A program made the position numbers and the translations under genes. Positions 28,337 through 38,012 of a stretch of 64,000 nt of DNA are shown piece after piece (the stretch's first letter is position 1; each line of letters starts with the position of its first letter). Where the stretch lies: NCBI GenBank assembly GCA_963674595.2, contig CAXXFV010000003.1:128001-192000 (forward strand). Reading direction: 5' to 3'. The notes beneath the pieces are model-generated. The model saw nothing but the letters and a program-made list of their open reading frames with translations. It made no database searches and was not told the origin of the DNA. The DNA comes from a bacterium (GTDB taxonomy: Bacteria > Zhuqueibacterota > Zhuqueibacteria > Residuimicrobiales > Krinioviventaceae).

Positions 28337-29411
28337 ATTAAAAATATATCAAATCATTCAGCAGTATATTACAGATAAAACAAAAAAACCGGAGCCATCT
28401 TTACAAAATTCCGATGGCAGCACTCTGTTTTTTATTTTGGAAATGATAGATTCCTGTAAAACAAAGGGTGAACTCTATGTTACAAAAGATCAGCACGTCC
28501 CTTTATCTGTAACAGAATCTGAAAATTTGATTTTAAAAATTCTTTCTCAGGATTTTGACAAAGAAACCTGCCAAAAATTTTTAGCCCAGTTATATTATTC
28601 GTTTGAATTTTTTCAAAAATTGTGTTATGTACATAATGTAAAAATAAAAGCGGAAAATGCAACTCTAGTTGACCATGAAATTCAAACTCTATCCGATCAC
28701 GAACTCTATATAAAATTGTTTCAAAAAAACCAAAAACAAAATTCATTTTCACTGGCACTTGAAAAAACAAAAATTATTATTGCAAATCTTTTCCCAACAT
28801 TTAAACCGGCCTACGCTATTGGAGTTGTAGCTGCAGCGCTCTTTTTCATTTGGATTTTTCAGCCATCTTCCGGGACGAATAAAATATACGACACTTATTT
28901 TGGAAAAATGAATACGCCCTACGAATATCAAAATACAAATCTACGAGGTCACATTAATATTGCAGATCAGTCACCCGTGTTAGATAATTTGAAATATAAT
29001 TTTAAACAAGGGATGGCAGATTATGTAAACCAAAATTACAGTTCAGCCGTTGATCAATTTAATATTGTTTCACAACCGGCAGACTCTGTTTATGCAAACG
29101 ATAAAGATAGTAAAATAGATATACTTGGTGATTATTATTTCTATTACGGACTATGTTATTTAGCACAAGTTAGAACAAAAAATAAAACAGAGCAAAGAGA
29201 ATTGTTGAAAATGTCCTCCAGGCTTTTAGAAAAAGCTAAAAAATATGCAAAAAATAATGGGGACGCCAAAGAGCACTTTTTTCTAGGACTAAGTTATGCA
29301 ATGTTGGATGAAACGAAAAAAGCACGTACCGAGTTGGAAAAAATTTCAGGTTCATCCGTATTTTCACAACCAAGTTTAAACATGTTAAAAACACTTAAAC
29401 CGGGAGATTAA
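28326..29411 (+). CDS. Single-pass membrane anti-sigma-like protein with an extracytoplasmic TPR region
   Basis: TM AYAIGVVAAALFFIWIF, then NLRG, then TPR-like YFYYGLCYL and HFFLGLSYAML. Confidence 0.65.
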   Translation: MESELKIYQIIQQYITDKTKKPEPSLQNSDGSTLFFILEMIDSCKTKGELYVTKDQHVPLSVTESENLILKILSQDFDKETCQKFLAQLYYSFEFFQKLCYVHNVKIKAENATLVDHEIQTLSDHELYIKLFQKNQKQNSFSLALEKTKIIIANLFPTFKPAYAIGVVAAALFFIWIFQPSSGTNKIYDTYFGKMNTPYEYQNTNLRGHINIADQSPVLDNLKYNFKQGMADYVNQNYSSAVDQFNIVSQPADSVYANDKDSKIDILGDYYFYYGLCYLAQVRTKNKTEQRELLKMSSRLLEKAKKYAKNNGDAKEHFFLGLSYAMLDETKKARTELEKISGSSVFSQPSLNMLKTLKPGD

Positions 29412-29413
29412 AT

Positions 29414-29557
29414 ATGGAAGTAATCCATTTAATACTTGAAATCGTTATTCTCATTTTACTGATAGTCGTTTTATCAAAACTATCTAATTGCAAGAGTACT
29501 GGTGGTGCAGCAACAAGAGATGAAGTTCCACCGCCATCACAACCAACAGGTGGTTAA
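29414..29557 (+). CDS. 47-aa membrane peptide with a Pro-rich tail (not in the ORF track)
   Basis: MEVIHLILEIVILILLIVVLSKLSNCKSTGGAATRDEVPPPSQPTGG; GGGAG RBS 7 nt upstream; starts 2 nt after the previous stop. Confidence 0.7.
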   Translation: MEVIHLILEIVILILLIVVLSKLSNCKSTGGAATRDEVPPPSQPTGG

Positions 29558-29622
29558 TATTTTATTCAATAAGTAAATAAACAAAAATAACAACTTTTCT
29601 CCTGCTCTGTTTTCTATTCTTT

Positions 29623-32600
29623 TTGGTTATAACTTTCATGCTGCTGATTTTAAATACAACGGGTAATAATAATTTTAAAAAAAATCATTCACGAATTATT
29701 ATTATTTTATTTCTAATTTTTTACACCTCCCTGTCTTTTTCATTCGAAAATTTTAAAAATTATTATCAGGAACTTGACAAACAAAAAGCTCCCGGCGAAA
29801 GAATATCCACCCTGCTTGACATTATAAAAACATCACCTCAGCAGGAAAGGGCATATACTGATCTTTTACATTCCTGCCAAACAAACGCGGATAGGGATTC
29901 TGTTTTAATTTTTATTAAAAATTTATCCCCTTCACCATACAGCTCCTTTGTTCAGGCCCGAATATATGAAAAAATTAATGATAATGACACAGCATTGCGG
30001 TTTTATTTAAACAGTGTCAGGACCGAACAGGTAATACCATACATTGTTTACTATTTTATGCAATTCATTAACAAAACAGACACGGATGTTACCAATATCA
30101 TTGAGACGTTTTCACTTGAGAATAAAAATTTGGCAAGGGCATTTTTATATCTTTTCCAGCAAAACTATATTAAAGCAAGTGAATATTTTGCTAAAGCCAA
30201 CAACAACAATACGTTTGTTATGGAACAATATGCTTTCTCGGAATGGAAGTTGGGGCATTATAACAAAGCGGATTCACTCTTGCAGGCAGGACTTTTTGAC
30301 GCAATAAAAACAAAGGATACTGCGGCTCAAGTCCTTTTACAAACAAAACAAGGCTATTTTTTATCATTACGTGGAAACATGGATAAAGCACTTGTTTTAC
30401 ACCAGCAGGCCCTGAAAACGGCTCAAAGCATCAGTGCCCCACATCTTTTATCAAGAATTGATAATAATATTGGTGTGGTTTATTACATGCAAAGCCGTTA
30501 TTCACAAGCATTGCCGTATTTTCAACAGGCAATAAAAAACAGCGGTCTTTTTGATGATGATTGGAAATGCCGATATTATATCAATCTGGGTATGACCTGT
30601 AAAATGATGGCACAATATAGCCAGGCCCTGACGGCTTATAATATGGCTGAAGATTTGGCCCGCCAAAATAATGACAAACAGCAAATCGCATCTGCAAATA
30701 TGAACAAGGGTGATTTGTATCTTTTATTAAAATTGAACAATTTGGCCAAAACCAGTTATGAAACGGCTCAAAACAATTTTCAAGCAAATGATAAAAACTA
30801 TTACAAAATTCAGGCAAAACTTGTTGAATTTGCTATTCAACGGGGGCAATATGCAAAAGCTGAAAAAGAAATAAAAAACTATATTGCATCTCTGGGTCCG
30901 ACACAAAATGTGGAAAATGCCTACTGGAATTACCGCATTGCCGGGCTCTATGAAAAACAAAAAGAATATTCACTCGCTGAAAAACAATTAAACAAATCCA
31001 TAGAACTTGCACGAAAAGCAAACTCGTCCGATTATCAGAATATTTACTCCTTTCAACTTGTAAAACTCTTGCTCAAACAAAACAATGCAGAACAAGCTTT
31101 AACGTTACTAAATAACATCCCCCGGGAACATGATCTGAATGATCATAACAAACGCTGGTTTCATTATTATTATGGGCAAGCCCTTTCCCAAACCGGGCAA
31201 ACAGACAAGGCGATTTTTCATTACAAACAGGCGGCTGTTCTTGCAGAAAAAACTTTGGAACAACTAAGCCTGGAGGAACTGGAAATCGGCTTTTTAGCAC
31301 CCAACAGTCAAATTTATAAAAACCTGTCAGTCTGTTATTTTCAAAAATATCAGCAGCAACAAAAAGCGGTATTCATAGACAGTTTGTATTATTTTGAAGA
31401 AATGAGCCGGTTACGGGTTTTTAAAGATAACATTAATGATGTTTTAAAAAATCATCAGGTAAATAAAACGATATTAAAAGATTATGAAACAGCCAAAGAA
31501 AACCTTCAACATACTATTTTTAACCTCCGATCTAATTCCGGACAAGAGTTATCAGAAAAACAATGGGACCTGAAGATAGGTGAGTTTGAAACAGCTAAAC
31601 GTTCATTTTTAGCCCAAAAATTAAAATTGTACAATACCAAAAAGAAAAAAAATATTTCCAAACAAAAAACATACTCGGTTAAAGATTTACAACACTATGT
31701 AACCAAAAACAATTGCGGGGTGCTATTATACCATATCCACGATAACGCTTCTTTTGTATTATGTATCACACCGGATACAACAAAAATTGTGCAACTGGAT
31801 ATCAATATGGAATCTTTAAAAGCCAGGACAGATTCTCTTATATTGCCCTTTTTTAAAATTAAGGAAAATAATTTATCCGACATTCCCTATCGGGCATCAT
31901 TGGCCTATCAACTCTATTTACAGCTTTTTCAGCCACTCGAAAGAGCCGTTTCGTTACCAAACAAACTTTTTATCGTGCCGGACAATTTATTGTTAAACAT
32001 TCCCTTTGAAATACTGCTCACACAGGAACCGGCAAAAAAAGAATATACTGTTTTAGACACTCCAGACTATAAAACATTATTTCTCTTGAACAGTTATACC
32101 ACATCCTATCATTTTTCAACAACCAACATATTATCCGGTTCAAAACCGGGCAAAAAAGATAAAATAGTGGCTTTTGCCAATCCATTCGTAACCCAAAACG
32201 AAAGTATGGATAAACAATTACAATTCAGATGGCGTACCGGATTCCGGTTTGAACCTTTACCCTTTGCAGAGCTGGAAGCGCGACAAATAAAAAAAATAAA
32301 CAACAGTACCAACCTGTTTACACGTGAAGCAGCAAACGAACAGAATTTACAGCTCTATGCGCAAAAGTGCGATATATTACATTTTGCCACCCACGCATTT
32401 GCAGATACATTGTATGATATTTTTTCAGGCCTGGTCCTGGCAACACCAAAGGATTCTTTAAAAGACGGCCTTTTATTAGGATACGAAATCCCGGAACTGA
32501 ACCTTAACTGCCAACTTGTAACACTGAGCGCCTGTGAAACCGGTCGCGGGCAGGTTGTTTCAGGTGAAGGTGTTTTAGGTCTGCCGCGCCTCTTTATAAA

Positions 32601-32940
32601 AGCCGGTGCACGCACCGTTATGATGACATTGTGGAAAGTAGATGATTACCTGACATCCAAACTTGTTCCTAAATTCTACTCTTATTTTATTCAAAAAAAC
32701 GTATCCAAGGCTAAAGCATTAAGACTGGCAAAATTGGATATTCTATCTCTTCCCCCTTCACAGCAATCCTTTCATTACCAGCATCCGGTCTACTGGGCTT
32801 CTTTTATGCTTTATGGTGATCCGGGATTTGCAGCCGAACCTCCGGCATGCCGCTTAACTTTAATTCTTTTTGGTTTATCAGGATTGATATTTTTAGTTAT
32901 TGTTATTTGGGTAATAAAAATAAAAAACAGAAAATTCTGA
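29623..32940 (+). CDS. TPR-CHAT (caspase/separase-like) protease, exported and C-terminally anchored
   Basis: Hydrophobic N-terminus, many TPRs, IVPD..L..IPFE, LHFATHA, LVTLSACETG, LWKVDD, HPVYWASF, C-terminal TM plus basic tail. Confidence 0.92.
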   Translation: MVITFMLLILNTTGNNNFKKNHSRIIIILFLIFYTSLSFSFENFKNYYQELDKQKAPGERISTLLDIIKTSPQQERAYTDLLHSCQTNADRDSVLIFIKNLSPSPYSSFVQARIYEKINDNDTALRFYLNSVRTEQVIPYIVYYFMQFINKTDTDVTNIIETFSLENKNLARAFLYLFQQNYIKASEYFAKANNNNTFVMEQYAFSEWKLGHYNKADSLLQAGLFDAIKTKDTAAQVLLQTKQGYFLSLRGNMDKALVLHQQALKTAQSISAPHLLSRIDNNIGVVYYMQSRYSQALPYFQQAIKNSGLFDDDWKCRYYINLGMTCKMMAQYSQALTAYNMAEDLARQNNDKQQIASANMNKGDLYLLLKLNNLAKTSYETAQNNFQANDKNYYKIQAKLVEFAIQRGQYAKAEKEIKNYIASLGPTQNVENAYWNYRIAGLYEKQKEYSLAEKQLNKSIELARKANSSDYQNIYSFQLVKLLLKQNNAEQALTLLNNIPREHDLNDHNKRWFHYYYGQALSQTGQTDKAIFHYKQAAVLAEKTLEQLSLEELEIGFLAPNSQIYKNLSVCYFQKYQQQQKAVFIDSLYYFEEMSRLRVFKDNINDVLKNHQVNKTILKDYETAKENLQHTIFNLRSNSGQELSEKQWDLKIGEFETAKRSFLAQKLKLYNTKKKKNISKQKTYSVKDLQHYVTKNNCGVLLYHIHDNASFVLCITPDTTKIVQLDINMESLKARTDSLILPFFKIKENNLSDIPYRASLAYQLYLQLFQPLERAVSLPNKLFIVPDNLLLNIPFEILLTQEPAKKEYTVLDTPDYKTLFLLNSYTTSYHFSTTNILSGSKPGKKDKIVAFANPFVTQNESMDKQLQFRWRTGFRFEPLPFAELEARQIKKINNSTNLFTREAANEQNLQLYAQKCDILHFATHAFADTLYDIFSGLVLATPKDSLKDGLLLGYEIPELNLNCQLVTLSACETGRGQVVSGEGVLGLPRLFIKAGARTVMMTLWKVDDYLTSKLVPKFYSYFIQKNVSKAKALRLAKLDILSLPPSQQSFHYQHPVYWASFMLYGDPGFAAEPPACRLTLILFGLSGLIFLVIVIWVIKIKNRKF

Positions 32941-33178
32941 AACGAAATATTTCTCAACACAAAATTTCCGTTTTTTTTAATCTGCTACATTCATTGGAAT
33001 TTATAATGGGACTATATATGTTCTAATGTCAATACAAAAATCATCATAAACTTTATTAACATAACCTTTATTTTATTTGAAATTTACATAAAAAAAACTA
33101 CATTTACGGATAGCATATAAAATTAAGCATATTGTCTTTTAAAAGAATTTAAAGGATTTCAATTTGTGGAGGTTAAGA

Positions 33179-34054
33179 ATGAAACATAAAACTGTACATT
33201 ATATATTTTTACTTTTGTTACCCCTTTCAACGCTCTTTTCCCAGCAAAGTCCCAAAGAACCGACAGAAAAGCAGGAAAAACCAAAATTCGGCTGGAAAAA
33301 GGAACTGGTTGGAAGTTTAAACCTGGCGCAAACGAGTTTTAATAACTGGAGTAAGGGTGGTGAAAACTCTACTGCCTGGCAGGTTAATGTCAACTTTAAG
33401 TTTGAAAATGATCAGAAAAAAACCAACTGGAGTAATTCCGGAACGCTAAGTTATGGTAGAAATAAAACCGGCGACCAGGGTTCACGAAAATCAGTGGATG
33501 AAATAAAGCTGGAAAGTGTTTATTCATACAAAATAGGAATTTGTGTCAATCCATTTGTTGCCGTTTCCGGCGAATCACAGTTTGGGCCCGGCTATGACTA
33601 TAAGATTGAACCGGAAGTCAAGGTTTCAAAATTTATGGATCCGGGATATTTTAGAGAAAGTATCGGATTTGGCGTATCTCCGATAAAAGTAGTAAAAACA
33701 CGTTTAGGTGCCGCCATAAAACAAACCGTTACCAATCAATACCCGTCTCCCTATGCAGATGATCCGGATACGGACAAAATTGAAAAATTTAAAAACGAAA
33801 TAGGTATTGAATCTGTTACAGATATTAATATAAAATTATCTGCAACATCGGCACTGCAATCAAAAATTGAACTCTTTTCCAACACAAAAGCGTTTGACGA
33901 AATTGATGTTAACTGGGACAACCTGTTGACATCAAAGATATCAAAATATTTTAGTTTTAATTTTACGGTAAAATTGTTGTACGACAAGGATGTTTCAGTT
34001 AAAAGACAGTTAAAACAATCTATGGCCATTGGATTAAGCTATAACTTTTTATAA
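33179..34054 (+). CDS. Outer-membrane beta-barrel protein (DUF3078-like)
   Basis: Signal peptide; QTSFNNWSKGGENS; ends GLSYNFL. Confidence 0.75.
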   Translation: MKHKTVHYIFLLLLPLSTLFSQQSPKEPTEKQEKPKFGWKKELVGSLNLAQTSFNNWSKGGENSTAWQVNVNFKFENDQKKTNWSNSGTLSYGRNKTGDQGSRKSVDEIKLESVYSYKIGICVNPFVAVSGESQFGPGYDYKIEPEVKVSKFMDPGYFRESIGFGVSPIKVVKTRLGAAIKQTVTNQYPSPYADDPDTDKIEKFKNEIGIESVTDINIKLSATSALQSKIELFSNTKAFDEIDVNWDNLLTSKISKYFSFNFTVKLLYDKDVSVKRQLKQSMAIGLSYNFL

Positions 34055-34174
34055 AAAATAAAAATGAATCATTATTTATTCCTTGCGAAATTAAATGCAA
34101 TTGTTTACAATATTTGATAGTCCATAAAAAATAAAAGGAATAACCGACATTCTAATTAAGTGGAGGTCGTCCCC

Positions 34175-34966
34175 ATGGATTTTCGCCTTCTTGCTTTAAT
34201 GCTTTCTGCCCATTTGATTGCGGATTACATTTTTCAGACAGGCACGCTGATAAAAGCTAAAAAAGCCGGTGAACTGGATGCTTTGCTTTTTCACATCTTT
34301 AGCTTTGGTTTTTTTTCGCTTATATTAACATTACCATGGTGGTCCTGGCTTTGGATTTCTTTGGTTGCATTGATAACCTTTATGCATGGTTTTATTGACG
34401 TTATTAAAATAGAATTGACCAAAAAAAAACCTAAACATGCATTTCAATTAGAACTTATCGACCTATCCCTGCACTTGCTGATCATCATTGTTATAATCGG
34501 TGTTTTTTCCCCGAAAATGTTGGATATCCATTCAACCAGCTTTTTGTACAACAACACTTTATTTTATCAATTAATTTTACTCGCGGCAACTGTTTCGTTC
34601 ACATGTCGCGGAGGAACCGTAATTGTTAACAAACTGACAAATCAGGTTGTATTTCATTCAACCTCGGAAGAAGAAGAAAAAGACTCTGATGATATTGATA
34701 AGGAACTTGTTCATTCCAGTACAGTTGTTACCAAAATAGAACGGCTTATTACTTTTGTTTTTGTACTATACGGACAATATCTGCCTATTATTTTCCTCAT
34801 ACTGACCAAAACGGTTGCTGAGCACAAAAATCTGGATAATAAAAAATTTGTCGATTTTTTTGTCATCAGTACTTTTACCAGCATATTAATCGCCATACTC
34901 GCCGCTGAATTTTATAAATTTATGTTAACTCAGGTGGACTTTTTTCTGATAAACCTGAATCCCTGA
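34175..34966 (+). CDS. Membrane protein (DUF3307-like)
   Basis: AHLIADYIFQT, HGFIDVIK, IDLSLH, IERL. Confidence 0.75.
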   Translation: MDFRLLALMLSAHLIADYIFQTGTLIKAKKAGELDALLFHIFSFGFFSLILTLPWWSWLWISLVALITFMHGFIDVIKIELTKKKPKHAFQLELIDLSLHLLIIIVIIGVFSPKMLDIHSTSFLYNNTLFYQLILLAATVSFTCRGGTVIVNKLTNQVVFHSTSEEEEKDSDDIDKELVHSSTVVTKIERLITFVFVLYGQYLPIIFLILTKTVAEHKNLDNKKFVDFFVISTFTSILIAILAAEFYKFMLTQVDFFLINLNP

Positions 34967-35034
34967 AATAGAATTTTTACAAAATACCAGAAAAATTGAT
35001 AATTCGAAAAAGGGATGTCGGGTAATATATAAAA

Positions 35035-35859
35035 ATGGAACAAACACAAAAGCATAAAAAATCTATCTCTGAGATTTTTAACAGGGCTGCGGACCGATAC
35101 GGAAAAACAGGTCCGGACTTTTTCAACTATTTTGGCGAGAGAATTGTTAAACATGCAGAACTAAAACAAAACATGGTCGTTCTTGATGTTGCCTGCGGCA
35201 GGGGAGCAAGTATGTTTCCGGCAAGCAAAATTGTCGGCAAAGTATTTGGTATTGATATATCATCAGAAATGATCAGGCGCACAAAACTCGATATTTTAAA
35301 TCCCGGCATAGATAATATCGAATTGCATGAAATGGATATTGAAAACCTCAACTTTTCTGAAAACATGTTTGATGCGGTTATTTGTGGATTTAGCCTGTTT
35401 TTTCTACCAAATTTACCGCTTGCATTACAGGAAATTAACCGGGTTTTAAAACCGGAAAGTTTATTTACAACATCTACATTTGGGAAAAGAGATGAGCGCT
35501 GGACGCCAATTCTTGAAATGATGGGATTCTCTACTGAAAAACTAAAAGCGATGACCCAGTCAACAAATAAAATGCTGAATTCAGAAAAAGAAATACTGGC
35601 TAACTTTGAAAATAGCGGATTAAAGATAATTGAAATCTGTCAGGAACAAAAAGAATTTTACTATAAAACCAGAGAAGAATGGTGGAATTCAATATGGGCC
35701 AGTGGTTATCGTGGATTTTTAGAAAGGCTTGATGAACAGTCACTAAACAATTTCAGAGAAAAATCATTTGACTTTTTATCAAGCTTAGAGGACGAAAACG
35801 GGATTCCGGAAATTGTTACGGTATTAATTACGAAAGCAAAAAAGATAAGCAGTAATTAA
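35035..35859 (+). CDS. Class I SAM-dependent methyltransferase
   Basis: VLDVACGRG, GIDISSEM, FDAVIC, RVLKP. Confidence 0.88.
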   Translation: MEQTQKHKKSISEIFNRAADRYGKTGPDFFNYFGERIVKHAELKQNMVVLDVACGRGASMFPASKIVGKVFGIDISSEMIRRTKLDILNPGIDNIELHEMDIENLNFSENMFDAVICGFSLFFLPNLPLALQEINRVLKPESLFTTSTFGKRDERWTPILEMMGFSTEKLKAMTQSTNKMLNSEKEILANFENSGLKIIEICQEQKEFYYKTREEWWNSIWASGYRGFLERLDEQSLNNFREKSFDFLSSLEDENGIPEIVTVLITKAKKISSN

Positions 35860-35891
35860 CCGGGTTTTAGATATAATTTCTTTCTATTCTG

Positions 35892-36007
35892 ACAAGTGTC
35901 TGCCATATTGACAGACACTTGTAAATTAGTTACAAAATCATATTCTCCACAAACCACTGTTTTACAATATTTTAATTATCAAAAAAAACTTTAGCACAGT
36001 ATTTGCA
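35892..36007 (+). promoter_or_regulatory. htpG upstream region: 11-bp inverted repeat plus imperfect sigma54-like -24/-12 element
   Basis: acaagtgtctg-N9-cagacacttgt (35892-35922); TAGCAC-N5-TTGCA (35992-36007). Confidence 0.45.
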
Positions 36008-36064
36008 ATATCACACGGGAAAATTTTAAAAAATCATAAAACGACATAAAAGGAGATTTTTAAT

Positions 36065-37966
36065 ATGGCTAATGAGCAATCGGCTTCCGGCAGTTATCAA
36101 TTTCAAGCTGAAGTGCGCCAACTATTAGACATTTTGACACATTCACTGTATACACACCGGGATATTTTTATCCGTGAACTAATTTCAAATGCCGCAGATG
36201 CGCTGGATAAAGCGCGTTTTAAAAGTATTAAAGGCGAAGAACTTGTTGATGCCGAACTTGATTTGAATATTAAAATTGATCTGGATAAAGATAATAAGCT
36301 CTTTACGATTTCCGATACCGGCATCGGAATGACCAAACAGGAGCTGATTAATAATATCGGCACCATTGCACGTTCCGGAACGTCAGAGTTTGTCAAACAA
36401 CTGGCCAAAGAAAAAAATTCGGACCTGAATTTGATCGGACGATTCGGCATCGGTTTTTATTCCGTGTTTATGGCCGGGGAAAAAGTCGAAATTATTACCA
36501 AATCCGCCGATAAAAATGAACCTTCCTATATCTGGACAAGCGACGGTCAGGGAGAATTTGAAATAACAGACGGCCCTGCGGATGCAAAAAGAGGCACACA
36601 AATTAAAGTATATTTACGTGAAGACGCAGCAGACTTTGCTGAAAACTGGAACGTAAAAAGTATTATTGAAAAATATTCCAATTTTGTACCGTTCCCAATC
36701 AACCTGGACGGCGAACAAATCAACACGGTTTCAGCCATTTGGAGAGAACCAAAATCATCGGTAAAACAGGACCAGTATAACGAATTTTATAAATTTATTG
36801 CCAAACAGGGTGATGAACCATTAACTCACCTGCATTTTTCCGCTGATGTACCCATTCAGTTCAATTCTCTTCTTTTTATCCCCAAATCCAATATGGAACT
36901 GATGGGATTCGGACGTGATGATGACGGCTTACATCTGTTTGTTAAACGGGTTATGGTGGATTCACATGACAAGGAACTGCTGCCGAATTACCTCAGATTT
37001 GTACGAGGCGTTGTCGAAAGTGATGATTTGCCTTTAAACATCTCCCGCGAAACATTGCAGGAAAACCCGCATCATTTTAAAATCCGCAATACCATAACCA
37101 GCAAATTGCTTTCCCATCTTCAGGACCTGGCGAAAAAAGAAGCGGAACAATACAATGAATTCTGGAAACAGCATGGTCGTATTTTTAAAGAAGGTTATAA
37201 TGATTTTGGTAACAAGGAAAAAGTAGCAGACCTTTTCCGTTTTAACTCTTCAAAATGCGAAACAGCGGATGAATTGATATCATTGCAAACTTATATTGAC
37301 CGTATGCCGGAACATCAGGAAGAAATTTACTTTTTGTCCGGACCGGATAAAAAGACCGTGCAAAGCAATCCTGTTATGGAAATCTTTCGCGCCAAAGATG
37401 TTGAAGTTTTATTCTGTTATGACCCGTTGGACGAATTTGCCCTGCCGGGTTTAATGGAATTTAAAGGCAAGAAAATAATTTCCGCCGACCAGGCAGACCT
37501 GGACAATCTTAATAAACTTGCCTCTGTCGAACCGGAAAAACAGGATGAAGAAAAAGAAGAAAAAACAGATAAAAAAGAGATAGATAAACTTGCACGCCGA
37601 ATTAAAGACATTCTTGGTGATAAAGTCGAAGATGTTAAAATTTCCGAACGATTGGTGGACAGCCCTGCGATTCTTTTGGGCGCCAACAAAGGCATGTCTG
37701 CACAAATGGAAAAAATCATGCACATGTACAATCCGGATGCTGCCATGAGCAAAAAAGTTATGGAAATTAATCCAAAACACGGTATGATTAAAAAGCTGTT
37801 GGGCATTTATCAAAAAGATGTGCAGGACCCAATGTTGACAAAACTGGTTAACAATCTGTTCAACAGCGTTGCTCTATTAGACGGCAGTATCGAAAATCCC
37901 AATGAAATGGCTTTGGCCCTGCAGGAGCTCTTGTCTGAGGCAACGAATTTATATACAAAAGAATAA
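36065..37966 (+). CDS. htpG: Chaperone HtpG (Hsp90)
   Basis: FQAEV, IFIRELISNAADA, DTGIGM, IGRFGIGFYS, LPLNISRE. Confidence 0.98.
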   Translation: MANEQSASGSYQFQAEVRQLLDILTHSLYTHRDIFIRELISNAADALDKARFKSIKGEELVDAELDLNIKIDLDKDNKLFTISDTGIGMTKQELINNIGTIARSGTSEFVKQLAKEKNSDLNLIGRFGIGFYSVFMAGEKVEIITKSADKNEPSYIWTSDGQGEFEITDGPADAKRGTQIKVYLREDAADFAENWNVKSIIEKYSNFVPFPINLDGEQINTVSAIWREPKSSVKQDQYNEFYKFIAKQGDEPLTHLHFSADVPIQFNSLLFIPKSNMELMGFGRDDDGLHLFVKRVMVDSHDKELLPNYLRFVRGVVESDDLPLNISRETLQENPHHFKIRNTITSKLLSHLQDLAKKEAEQYNEFWKQHGRIFKEGYNDFGNKEKVADLFRFNSSKCETADELISLQTYIDRMPEHQEEIYFLSGPDKKTVQSNPVMEIFRAKDVEVLFCYDPLDEFALPGLMEFKGKKIISADQADLDNLNKLASVEPEKQDEEKEEKTDKKEIDKLARRIKDILGDKVEDVKISERLVDSPAILLGANKGMSAQMEKIMHMYNPDAAMSKKVMEINPKHGMIKKLLGIYQKDVQDPMLTKLVNNLFNSVALLDGSIENPNEMALALQELLSEATNLYTKE

Positions 37967-37982
37967 AAATATTTATACTCTT

Positions 37983-38012
37983 AAAAAAAGGGAACAGCTT
38001 GTTCCCTTTTTT
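37983..38012. terminator. Bidirectional terminator between htpG and rnhC
   Basis: aaaaaagggaaca-gct-tgttccctttttt. Confidence 0.8.

Noticed and set aside
26825-32940. Type III-E CRISPR / Craspase locus
   Set aside because: No cas7-11, no repeat-spacer array, and the CHAT protein appears exported
35991-36017. CIRCE element before htpG
   Set aside because: Only TTAGCAC matches; the GAGTGCTAA right arm is absent
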